64,000 nt of DNA from Squalus acanthias (taxonomy: Eukaryota), in assembly GCA_030390025.1 (NCBI GenBank), contig CM059427.1, forward strand, positions 187,860,001-187,924,000, written 5' to 3'. How positions within the stretch are numbered: the stretch's first letter is position 1; the number at the start of each line of letters is the position of its first letter. A program made the translations under genes and the position numbers. The notes under the pieces are model-generated. The model did no database searches. It was not told the origin of the DNA and was given only the letters and a program-made list of their open reading frames with translations. Shown here piece after piece: positions 49,987-61,193 of this stretch.

Positions 49987-50495
49987 ATTAACTCCTAACT
50001 ACCCTCCTACATGCTAAACTTCTGAGCCTGGCCCAGGCTTGCCCTTGCATCTTTCTGTATCAAGCCAGACTGACGATGCACCCTTTGATGGACCTGCCTG
50101 TTTGCTTCTGTCTCTCTCTTTGTTTTATCTCCTTCTGTTAACAACCTGAGGGGACCAGATGTGCCCAACACAATGGGTATGAGGCGTTTATTGACAATCG
50201 ATTGCTGAGACAGTTTAACAAATTGATTATCTACAGTCCACGGGGAAACAGCATCACTTTGACGGGGGCCATGATTGGGGCAGATGGACTTTGTAGCACA
50301 ACCCGGCGTTTAAACAATAGGCAGCCTGGGCCGGCAGCCAGTGTATCCGGGTCCCAGCCGATTTCCCTGTCCCAGTGCTGCACTCCCAGCTGGCTTATGC
50401 CAGGAGGGCGCTGAATGGCCCTGTGGGAATTCAGAACATCTGTATCTCAGCAGCTATATAAATCTAACACCTTGTTTCCTGTCTCTCTATTTCAG

Positions 50496-50834
50496 ATTTA
50501 CACAATAAGAGTTACACACTTTATCGGTCAGACACAGATCACAGTGAACTCTCCCTGATTTGTGAAGCTGAATCTGAGATCATTAAAAGTAACTGGACTT
50601 GGAGGTCACGTCATTTTCAGAATCAAGAGAAAGAAATAGCTTCTACTTTCAGATCCAAGCCTATCGAAGTAAACAGGACCTACTTTGGGAGTCGACTGGT
50701 GCCCACAGTGGGAAATCTTAATGGCAAGAACTTCAGTGTGAGGATTGTCCCCGTACTGTTTGAAGATGCAGGAGTTTACACTTGTTCTCTGGGGTTATTG
50801 AATTATGTGACCATTAAACTAATCACAGTTAAAG
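50496..50834 (+). CDS. IgSF receptor, exon D3 (V-type Ig domain)
   Basis: Acceptor ctctctatttcAG, donor GTAGGA, 339 nt phase 1-1. ELSLIC...NWTWRS...FGSRL...NFSVRIVPVLFEDAGVYTC. Confidence 0.9.
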
Positions 50835-50875
50835 GTAGGAGACAGAATGTTGCAGTTGTTTTCAATGATAATGTC

Positions 50876-51700
50876 GGGTAGAGTTTCCGCTTTGGGCACA
50901 ATCGGCGATTCCGGCACAAATTGCGCCCAAAACTGTGCTCGTTTTGAAAAGTGTTTCCCCCCCACCCCCCGAGGTTCCACTCAAACTCATTTGCATATCA
51001 CCAAACACAAAATCTGACCTGAATCAACGCAATTGGTCAGTGATTTAAAATGTAATTTCTTTTTGCTAATTTAGCTTTAAAAATATTCTAGGCTACATTT
51101 AAGAATGGTAACTTGGAGCAGTTTGCTTAATACAGCTGAAAGTGGGTTTATCACAAAAAATAAGCATTTTAAATCACAGTATCGATCCGCCACCTGTGAG
51201 TAACCGATTTTAAATGACTGAAAATGACCTTAAAAAATATACAGAACTATTTTCTAGTTAGATTGGGGTATAGTCGTCAGTTCCTTGGTAAATTGAAAAA
51301 AAATTATTTCAAAACCTTTCAAAACGTACGTATTTGTGTCCTTGTTACCAAAAGATCCAGCTTCATTTTGGAGCCTCCTCATCAGCCTGCAAATGGGCGC
51401 AATTAGTGGAAACTCCCGATGGTGATTCGTTCACCCTGTGGGCGGGGCCAGTTTTGTGGGCGGGACCAGTTTTTTGGGCGGGGCCAGGTTTGTAGGCGGG
51501 GCCGATTTTGTGGGCATGGCTAGTTTTGTAGGCAGGGCCTGCTTCTAGCGAGATGTCTTTAAAACTAGCGCAAAAGATCGCGGAAAATCAAATTGCACTG
51601 AAAGCAATTTGCGCTTAAAATTCCGCTATCGTTTGCGTTGGTTTCGCCGATATCGGGCGAATTGTACTGAAAAAAACAACACAATGGGGTGGAAACTCCA
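50876..51700 (+). mobile_element. PIF/Harbinger-type MITE, family B copy 3, with ~20-bp GC-box tandem repeat at ~51437-51540
   Basis: GGGTAGAGTTTCCGC start, GGAAACTCCA end; fills most of the 907-nt D3-D4 intron. Confidence 0.78.
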
Positions 51701-51741
51701 TGATATTGTTTAAAATCTAAATGATTTTCTTGTTTACACAG

Positions 51742-52011
51742 TCACAGCTGAACCATCTGATGCAGTGACTGAGGGAGACACCGTTACCCTGACCTGCTCT
51801 GTCTCTGATGTCACTGAATCAATGAGACTTGTTTGGATCAGTAGTGATGGCAAAACTGTTGAAGAGAAAACGTTTAAGGACCAGAAGCAGGAAGAGGATT
51901 TGTTACGGCTGATTATTCAGAAAGCTGAAAGAGACAGAAGGAACTGGACATGTGTTTTGTTTCATCAAAACACGCCCAGCGTTTTAATTCCATATTATCT
52001 GAAGGTTAACA
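51742..52011 (+). CDS. IgSF receptor, exon D4 (C2-type Ig domain with WxC)
   Basis: Acceptor tcttgtttacacAG, donor GTAAGT, 270 nt phase 1-1. EGDTVTLTCSV...LVWI...RRNWTCVL. Confidence 0.9.
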
Positions 52012-52459
52012 GTAAGTGTCTCAGGTTTTTCACTTTTAACCTCCATAGAAAGTTCTTGTCACTCACTGCTCTTTTATAATGATAACCTCTTACTTTTCAG
52101 ATCCTATTGCACTCCACATTACTCAGAGTTCAGTCATAGGTGTTCACATATAAACAATTTAACATCAAAAATCAAACTATACAATCAAAGCAATAGAGAG
52201 GAGCTGAAGAGGAGAACATCTTTTTCTATCTTTGGGGTCCATTACACTCCTGTAAATAATCTTTTAAATGTTAAATCCCCTCCTGCCCACTGTAATAAGA
52301 CTAGATGCCAGCAACAGAATGGTTTTTCTTGCATCCAGTGTTGCTGTGGTGGGTAATGATGGCAAATGTGACTCATGATGTCACTCTGTCCCTGCCACTC
52401 ATTTGAATATGACCAATAATTGACCAATGTTACTTATGGATTGAAATCCTGGAAGTGGC

Positions 52460-52658
52460 GGCGATTGGCCGGAGAATGATTGGCCGGGGAATGATTGGCC
52501 GGGGAATGATTGGCCGGGGAATGATTGGTCGGGGATTGATTGGGCAGGGAATAAATGGTTGAGAATGATTGGCCGGGGAATGATTGGCTGGGGAATGATT
52601 GGTCGGGGATTGATTGGGCAGGGAATGATTGGATGGGAATGATTGGTTGGGGAATGAT
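52460..52658. repeat. 15-bp minisatellite (GGGGAATGATTGGCC)n, ~13 units
   Basis: Direct tandem units, 12 of them containing ATTGG. Confidence 0.92.
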
Positions 52659-53669
52659 AGAAAAGTACATAAGAACATAAGAAATAGGAGCAGGAGGAGG
52701 CCATTTGGCCCTGCTCCACCATTCAATAAGATCATGGCGGATCTTCTGCCACATCTCCACTTTTCTGCACTATCCCCATATTCCTTGATTCCGTTAATAT
52801 TAAAAAATCTATCGATCTCTGTCTTGAATAGACTCAACGACTGAGTCTCCACAGCCCTCTGGGGGAGAGAATTCCAAAGATTCACCACCCTCTGAGTGAA
52901 GAAATTTCTCCTCATCTCAGTCCTAAATGGCCGACCCCTTATTCTGAGACTGTGACCCCTGGTTCTAGACTCCCCTGCTAGGGGAAACATCCTCCCTGCA
53001 TCTAACCTGTCAAGCCCTGTAAGAATTTTGTATGTTGCATTGAGATCATCTCTCATTCTTCTAAACTCTCGAGAATATAGGCCTAGTCTACTCAATCTGT
53101 CCTCATAGGACAATCCCCCCATCCCAGGAACCAGTCTGGTGAACCTTTGTTGCACTCCCTCCATGGCAAGTATATCCTTCCTTAGATAAGGAGACCAAAA
53201 CTGTACACAATACTCCAGGTGTGGTCTCACCAGGGCCCTATATATTTGCAGTAAGGCGTCTTTACTCTTATACTCAAATCTTCTTGTCATAAAGGCCAAC
53301 ATACCATTTGCTTTCCTAATTGCTTGCTGTACCTGCATGTTAACTTTCAGTGATTTGTGTACAAGGATACCCAGGTCCCTCTGAACACCAACATTTCCCA
53401 ATCTCTCACCATTTAAAAAATCCTCTCCTTTTCTATTTTTCCTACCAAAGTGGATAACTTCACATTTCTCCACATTATACAGGAAACTCTCGTTTAAACA
53501 GCACCTAAATATCCGGAATTCTCTATTAACCGGCAAAATTCATACTCTGAAAACTCCTCCCCAATAACCGGCAATGTTGCCGAGTCCGAGTCTCCTGCGA
53601 ACGCCGAGTTAGTGAGTGGGGGTAGTTCTCCAAAGTGCCACTACTCGGCTTCCCGGCGCTGTCGGAAGG

Positions 53670-53861
53670 CGCTGCCAGTAGTTTCTTTTGATCGGCCATT
53701 TTACTGTGTGTCTCCCGCGCTGCTGGTAGTCTCTTCTGATCCGCCATTTTACTGTGTGTCTCCCACGCTGCTGGTAGTCTCTTCTGATCCGCCATTTTAC
53801 TGTGTGTCTCCCACGCTGCTGGTAGTCTCTTCTGATCCACCATTTTTCTGTGTGTCTCTCC
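53670..53861 (+). repeat. Four 48-bp subterminal tandem repeats in the Tigger element
   Basis: Unit CGCTGCTGGTAGTCTCTTCTGATCCGCCATTTTACTGTGTGTCTCCCA. Confidence 0.92.
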
Positions 53862-53896
53862 ATCTTTATCATGAATTATCTCCCCCATCTTGCATT

Positions 53897-55655
53897 ATGG
53901 AATTCCCAAAAGCTGGTCCAAGCAAAAGAAAGAGAGTGGTGTTAACTTTAAAACAGAAAATCGAGATATGCCAACGACTAGAAAGGGGAGAGAAGCGTAT
54001 CAACATTATGAATGAATTCAAAATTGGTTCGTCAACAATCTACGACATCAAATCGCAGAAGGATAAGCTGCTCAAGTTTTATTCAAGCTCTGAGACATCT
54101 AAGAGTGTAGAGAAACGGCGTACGCTTCGTAAGCCTAAGCTTGAAGAGCTGGATACCGTGCTTTATGAGTGGTTTTCTCTTAAGCGTTCAGAGGGTGTTC
54201 CACTTTCCGGACCCATGCTAATCGAGAAAGCAAAGGATTTCTCCGTAAGGATGGAGCTCACTGACATGTGTGCTATCTCCGAGGGATGGCTAACATGCTT
54301 CAAGTTACGGCACGGGATACGACGACTCGATATTTCCGGGGAGAAGAAATCAGCTGATCACGACACCGCTGAAGAATACTGCGATTATTTCAATCGGATT
54401 GTGCAGCAACATGATTTGTCGCCAGCACTGATATATAATGCCGATGAAACTGGCTTATTTTGGAGGTTTTTGCCAGAATCAACGCTTGCTGGGGCTGGTG
54501 AGGCGAATGCTTCAGGTTACAAGAAAAATAAAGATCGTGTAACCGTGCTAACATGTCCGAACGCTGCTGGATCACACCGGGTTAAACTTCTTGTTTTTGG
54601 GAAGTATAAAAATTCCCGTGCATTTAAAAATGTGAGGCACTTACCTGTTGAGTACAAAGCTCAAAAAAATGCTTGGATGGATAAGGAAATCTTCTCCTAT
54701 TGGTTCCATCATATTTTTGTTCCATCTGTGAGGGAACATTTCCATAAAATAGGGAAACCTGAAGATAGCAAATGAATTTTATTGCTTGATAATTGTAGAG
54801 CCCATCCGCATGAATCCGAGTTGGTTTCGGGAAATATTTTCACCATTTATTTTGCCACCAAATGTAACTTCTCTCATACAACTCATGGACCAGGGCGTTA
54901 TCCAAAATCTGAAGTGTCATTACAAGAAAGACTTCCTACGTAAACTGATAAACCAAGATGACAATATTCACGCATTCCAGAAGGAATACAGTATTAAAGA
55001 TGCCATGTATAATGTTGCATGTTCCTGGAACTTGGTGAAAGGTCACACTCTGAGGCAAGCCTGGCGCAAATTGTGGCCTTCTGTAATGTTTGCTGAAGGT
55101 TCTTCTTCAGAGGAGGAATTTCATGGGTTCAATCTTCATCCCAAGAAAAGTACAATAATCGAAATGGCTGGCATGGTGAAAAATGTAGGTCCAGCAAACC
55201 CTCTAAGTCACCTCAGTGAAAGTGATATCGAGCAGTGGGTTGATGCAGATGGAGAAGTTGGTGTTGTGCATATGCTAAGTGATGATGAAATAATTGAGAG
55301 TGTTTTAAATCCAAAGAAAGAATAGGAAAGTGAGATGGAAAGTGAAGAGGATGAGATTTCTGAAGAGAAGAAGATTTCTTGGGCTAAAGCTGCAGAAGGA
55401 TTTGCTTCAATCCTCCAATTTGCTGAAAGGCAACCTTGCTACTCTGCCCAAGAAGTTATGCAACTCCATATTCTGCATTCCACGTTTCTACAGAAAAGGC
55501 AAGAGTCCACTAAGCAAACCGACATCTGGGACATGTTTAAGAAAGCTTCCAAAAGAGTCGAAGCAGCGGAAGTGCCTGAAGAATCTGTGGAAGTGCATGA
55601 TCCTGATGACCCAGCTGGCATGGATATTCCTGATGAACCAGCTGACTTGGAATAA
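53897..55655 (+). pseudogene. Tigger/Jerky-like transposase (CENP-B-type HTH + DD32D), disrupted
   Basis: [59 protein letters not shown]. Stops at 54773 and 55323, +1 frameshift near 54850. Confidence 0.92.
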
Positions 55656-58600
55656 GTGTACAGTCAACTACAGTACTGTATACATTCGTTTATAAGTTTT
55701 GTTTTACTGTTAAGTAAATAAAGAGTTATGGATTACTCTTAACTGGCAGTACTGTACTAAATGAAGCATCTTCCACCATCCATTTAACACAACATTCTGC
55801 AGGTGAGTACCCAATTACTGTATACTGCACATTTCTTGATTTTTTTATTTCTGTTGGTTAAAAATAGCCTCGGTAGATAACCCTCTCCGTCATCCGGAAT
55901 TTTTAATCAACCGGCACCATCCCGGTCCCGTCGGTACCGGATACCAAAGAGTTTCCTGTATTCCATTTGCCATGTTCTTGGCCATTCACTTAGCCTGTCT
56001 ATATCCCCTTGAAGCCTCCTTGCATCCTCATCACAACGTACATTCCCACCCAGCTTTGTATAAGCAGAAAACTTGGATATATTACATTTGGTCCCGTTTA
56101 TTCCTACTCTCTGCTTTCTATCTGTTAACCAATCCTCAATCCATGCTAGTATGTTACCCCCAATCCCATGAGCCCTAATTTTGTTTGATCACCTCTTGTG
56201 TGGCACCTTATTGAATGCCTTCTGAAAATCCAAATACACCACTTCCACTGGTTCCCCCTTATCTATTCTGCTAGTTACAACCTCAAAAAACTCTCTCAGA
56301 TTTGTTAAACACAATTTCCCTTTCATAAATCCATGTTGACTCTGCCCAATCCTATTATTATTTTCTAAGTTCCCTCTTACCACATCCTTAGTAATAGATT
56401 CTCGCATTTTCCCTGCTACTGTTGTCAGGCTAACTGGTCTGTAGTTCCCCGTTTTCTCCGTCCCTCCTTTCTTAAATAGTGGGGTTACATTTGCTACATT
56501 CTAATCTGCAGGAACTGTTCTATAATCTATGGAATTTTGGAAAATAACAGCAAATGCAACCACTATCTCTACAGCCAAATCTTTCAAAAACCCTAGGATG
56601 TAGGCCATCAGGTCCAGGGGATTTATTGGCTTTCAGTTCCATTAATTTCTCCAGTACTACTTTTTTACTAATATTAATATCTTTCAGTTCCTCATTCTCG
56701 CTAGACCCTTGGTTCTCTACTATTTCCGGTAAGTTTTTTGTGTCTTCTTCCGTGATGACAGATACAAAGTATTTGTTTAATTTCTCTGCCATTTCCTTAT
56801 TTCCCATTATAATTTCTCCTGTCTCAGTCTGTAAGGGACCCACATTTACTTTCGCTAATCTTTTCCTTTTTTACATACCTATAGAAGCTTTTACAATCTT
56901 TTTATGTCTCTTGCTAGTTTACTCTCATATTCTATATTCCCTTTCTGTATCAATTTCTTGGCCCTCCTTTGCTGAATTCTAAAATACTCCCAATCCTCAG
57001 ACTTACTACACTTTTTGGCAGCATTATAAGCCTCTTCCTTTGATCTAATACTATCTTTAACTTCTCTTGTTAGCCACGGTAGGACCACTTTTCCTGTGGG
57101 GTTTTTGTGCCTTAAAGGAATGTATATTTGTTGTAAATTATGTATTAATTCATTAAATGCTAGCCATTGTTCATCCACTGTCATACCTTTTAATGTAGTT
57201 TCCCAATCTACCTTAGCCAACTCGCCCCTCATAGCTACATTATTTGCTTTGTTTAGATTTAAGACCCTAGTTTCAGATTTACCTAAGTCTCTTTCAAACT
57301 CAAAACTAAAATTCTATCATATTATGGTCACTCTTCCCTAAAGGCCTCTTTACTACAAGGTTATTAATTAACCCTTTCTCATTGCACAATACTAGATCTA
57401 AAACAGTCTGTTCCCTAGTTGGTTCCTCAACATACTGAACTAGAAAACTGTCTTGCATACATTCCATGAATTCGTCCTCCACACTATCACTGCAAATTTG
57501 GTTTGCCAAGTCTATATGTAGATTAAAGACCCCCATGATTACTGTATTACCCTTGTTACATGCACCTCTAATTTCCTGATTTATACTCTGCACTACATTA
57601 CAACTACTGTTTGGGGGCCTATTAACAACTCCCATCAATGTTTTCTGCCCCTTGCTGTTTCTTAGCTCCACCCAAACTGATTCTACTTCTTGATTTTTTC
57701 AGAGCTAAGATCCTTTCTCTGTACTGTCTTTGTGCCATCCTTTATTATCAGGACTACCCCGCCTCCTTTTCCATTTTGCCTATCCCTTCTAAAAGTTATG
57801 TATCCTGGAATATTTAGTTCCCAACCTTGGCCACTTTGCAACCACGTCTCCATTATGGCTATTAGATCAAACCTGTTCATTTCTATCTGCGCTATTAATT
57901 CAGCAGTTTTGTTGCGAATGCTTCGTGCATTCAGATATAGTGCCTTTAGCTTTGACTTATTTCTCTTTTTCCCTGATGTCACCTTAGTCACTGATGCTTT
58001 ATTACCTTTGTTACTCTCTCTGTCCCTTCCTGACCCACTCTGCTTATTTTTACCCAAAACTCTACTCTGCTCTGGTTCCTACGTGGACAACGACAACTGG
58101 ATCCTCCCCCTCCTACATCAAGTTCTTCTTCAGCCATGAGGAGATGTCTGAAACCCTGGCACCGGGCAGGCAACACAACCTTCGTAACTTTCGGTCGCAG
58201 CTGCAGAGAACAGTATCTATCCCCCTGACTATACTGTCCATTACCACAACTACATTCCCTTTCACTCCCCCCACTTGAATGGCCTCCTGCACCATGGTGC
58301 CATGGTCAGCCTGCTCATCCATCCTACAGGCTTTTCCCTCATCCACACTGGCAGCAAGAACCTCATACCTGTTGGACAAGGGCAAAGGCTGAGGCTCCTC
58401 CAGCACTGCACCTGGGGTCCCCTTACCTGCCTGAGTTGCAGTCACACCCTCCTGTCCCTGACCACTAACCAGACCTGTACCACTACCTAACCTAAGGGGT
58501 GTGACAGCCTCCTGGATCAAAGTGTCCAGGTAACTCTCCCCATCCCTGATGCCCCGCAATGTCCGCACCTCAGTCTCCAGCTCAACAACTCTGAGCTGAA

Positions 58601-59596
58601 GTTCCTCAAGGTTCAGGCACTTACTGCAAACGTGGTTGTCCGGGATCACAATGCTCTCCACAAACTCCCACATGCTGCAGTTGTGGCACATCGCCTGCAC
58701 TGCCATCCCTATATGACCTTGATTTATTTAATTACATTTAAATACATTTGTAATTAGGTAACTTAGTTTACAGTGTAGTTTCCTGACTACTTACTTGATC
58801 TAGATTAAGTTAAGGATACTGAAATTAAATGTCTACCTGCAACACAAAGCACTACAAGTAGTGTAGGCGAAAAGCAACAACTCCTTCCCTCTCTTCTCCG
58901 AATACCCACTCTTTCCAAATTCCCAACCAAAGCACTCTGTTCAAGTCCACTCCGTTTAATCCCGCTCTGTGCAGTCCGCCCAGGTGCTCTGTGCAGGCTG
59001 TCTCGCCAATTTACTGCCCCAGATCCATGTGAAATGGGACCGCGAAGGGAGCAGAAATAGTTTGCTATTCACTCTGATCATTTTAACTTTATTGTTCTGG
59101 AAGCTACTGCTCCAGGTTTCTTGTTTTGGAGTAAATTTGCCTCTGAATTGCACCCAGCAACAGACTGGGGAATCTGAGTGCACAGGACTCTGACACTCAG
59201 TTGCATCAATTTATATTGGGCAACTAACTTCAGGGCCAACTATCTGAAAATCCATACTGGAAATTCCAGATGCAGTGCTAATCAGGTGCAAAACAATAGC
59301 ACAGGATTTGCATCCATTGTTTCTGTGCACACTGCCTAAATTTCAGGTGCTATTATGTTGCTAATTCCAGGCGAATCACCCCTTAAATGTTTGGGAACAT
59401 TTTTCTTTTGTATCCCATCTTTTGCACCATGTCCTACCTGAGTCAGTGTGGACAGACAGTCTATTTCCAGATCTCTATTAAAGGTATCCTCCAACCTGCC
59501 ACAGGGAGGTGCATAAAGTGAGTTGTGGCCTCTGTATCTTTTCATCCTTGAGAGGTCGCACAACACCAGGTTATAGTCCAACAGTTTTATTTTAAA

Positions 59597-59634
59597 TCAC
59601 AAGCTTTCGGAGTTACAACTCCTTCGTCGGGTGA
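59597..59634 (-). ncRNA. Hammerhead-like motif, variant core CCGACGA
   Basis: Exact reverse complement of 60162-60199. Confidence 0.6.
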
Positions 59635-60161
59635 AGTGAGGAGATACAGAATCGTCAAAGCATATATAGATAGAGAACATTGCATGTGTAACTTACAATT
59701 GCAGACAACTGAATTCAATCAACCTGACTGTTTATCTGCCGAGGTGTGATAAAGTTAATCAGGTCAGCCAGGAAGGTACCACATCAAAGACATAGCAAGA
59801 TACAACTGAGACAATGAGGTGGAATCGCATGGGGTCTAACGTGTCAAAAGCTGCCGTCTGTATGTAAAACGATTAACTTTAAAAATTTTACTTTTTTACT
59901 GGGAATCACATCTGTGGACAAGCCAACGACGACTCGAGTCCGGATCACGTCATGTATCGTGACATAAACCCAAGATCCCGATTGAGACCGTCTTCATGAG
60001 TGCGGAACTTGGCTATCAGTTTCTGCTCGATGATTTTGCGTTGTCGTGTTTTCCTAAGGCCTAAACAGTCAGGTTGATTGAATTCAGTTGTCTGCAATTG
60101 TAAGTTACACATGCATTGTTCTCTATCTATATATGCTTTGACGATTCTGTATCTCCTCACT

Positions 60162-60199
60162 TCACCCGACGAAGGAGTTGTAACTCCGAAAGCTTGTGA
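60162..60199 (+). ncRNA. Hammerhead-like motif, variant core CCGACGA
   Basis: tcac-CCGACGA-a-ggagtt-gt-aactcc-GAAA-gc-TT-gtga. Confidence 0.6.
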
Positions 60200-61097
60200 T
60201 TTAAAATAAAACTGTTGGACTATAACCTGGTGTTGTGCGACCTCTCAATTTTGTCCACCCCAGTCCAACACCGGCATCTCCGCATCTTTTCATCCTCCCA
60301 GGGGAATGCCCATCCACACTTTTCCTACCTCCTTTTGAAACCTGGACTGAGATCGTATACTTGGTTTGTGGCACATCATGGACACAAACTCATTCCATGG
60401 TAGTGTCTTGTTGCTGTAATATGCATTGTGGTGTCATTCCTGAAGAAGGATTGTCATGGATTAATTCTAGCTAAATATTATGGCCAGGAAGATATTATAC
60501 AAATTTTCTTTCCTAATGTTGTGCCAGTTTTCTCCTCTTTCCTCTTTTCCTCCCATGTTGGTGCTGATCTTGACTTTGTGCGATAGTGTAAAATTTGTAA
60601 CAGTGAGTCGACAGCCCGTTTTACATCTTTCTCTATTTTTATTTCCATCCGTATTACACTATCGCACACTCCCTCGTTGAGTGCAGTTCTCATTCAAATA
60701 GCCATTATTCAAGTATTCAAGTACAAGCCTAGACAATGAGGATCATTCGCCTATTGTACAGCGGGAAGCATCACAGCTGAATCGGATCCTTTACTTACCA
60801 GTCATCTGCACACATCTCCTCTCCAGAAGGAATCACCGGATTGGAACCAGGAAGTAGAACCCTGTGTGATTTTTTTTTTCCCTGTCCCTAACGGAAGGGA
60901 CAGTTGCAGCACTCCAATGTTCCTGAGTGAGGTCAGTTAACTTGGATTAGGAATTAAACCGAGGACCTTCTGGCCTGTATGACTTAATGGTAAATCAGAC
61001 AGTAGGGTTATCTACTGGGTCATTAGGGAAGCTTAATTTTTTTTTTAAAAGTTAATCTATAAACTAAATGTTAAATCTATGCTTATTCGTCTGACAG

Positions 61098-61193
61098 GTG
61101 ATTACACCATTGTCGTTATTTTCGGGAGTCTGGCTCTTCTCCTCATCATTATCCTGGCAGTGGTGCTGTGTCTAAGAAGGAGCAAGGTTGCAG
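61098..61193 (+). CDS. IgSF receptor, transmembrane exon
   Basis: Acceptor ttcgtctgacAG, donor CAG|GTAAGA, 96 nt phase 1-1. SDYTIVVIFGSLALLLIIILAVVLCLRRSKVA, in frame with D4. Confidence 0.88.

Larger units (their letters stand above)
53480..55958 (+). mobile_element. Full-length Tigger/pogo DNA transposon, TA TSD
   Basis: TIR CAGGAAACTCT / AGAGTTTCCTG; TA at 53478-53479 and 55959-55960; interrupts CR1 RT. Confidence 0.93.
52667..58950 (-). mobile_element. Near-full-length decayed CR1 LINE, split by a Tigger transposon
   Basis: ORF1 58113-58706 (CHNC...HVCSKC, MDSIVRG); ORF2 pieces 57683-58057 (LYLNARSIRNK) through 52430-53478; CATAAGAA tail at 52667. Confidence 0.92.
59549..60283. mobile_element. 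Penelope-like element with ~185-bp near-perfect inverted pseudo-LTRs and 13-bp TSD
   Basis: GIY-YIG C-terminus RQRKIIEQKLIAKFRTHEDGLNRDLGFMSRY on - strand; IR 59549-59734 / 60062-60247; TSD ATCTTTTCATCCT at 59536-59548 and 60284-60296. Confidence 0.9.

Noticed and set aside
52430-53536. 368-aa ORF with NHSPA/IIPRP repeats
   Set aside because: CR1 RT C-terminus reading through its 3' UTR into the 15-bp minisatellite.
53670-53861. CRISPR-like array
   Set aside because: Contiguous tandem units without unique spacers, inside a eukaryotic transposon.
53612-53896. N-terminal repeat extension of the transposase ORF
   Set aside because: Translation of 48-bp DNA repeats from a non-ATG start; transposase homology begins at ATG 53897.
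29988-61193. Assigning symbol CD4 or LAG3
   Set aside because: D1 is not split by an intron, D2 lacks WxC, and the diagnostic tail and synteny are not visible.
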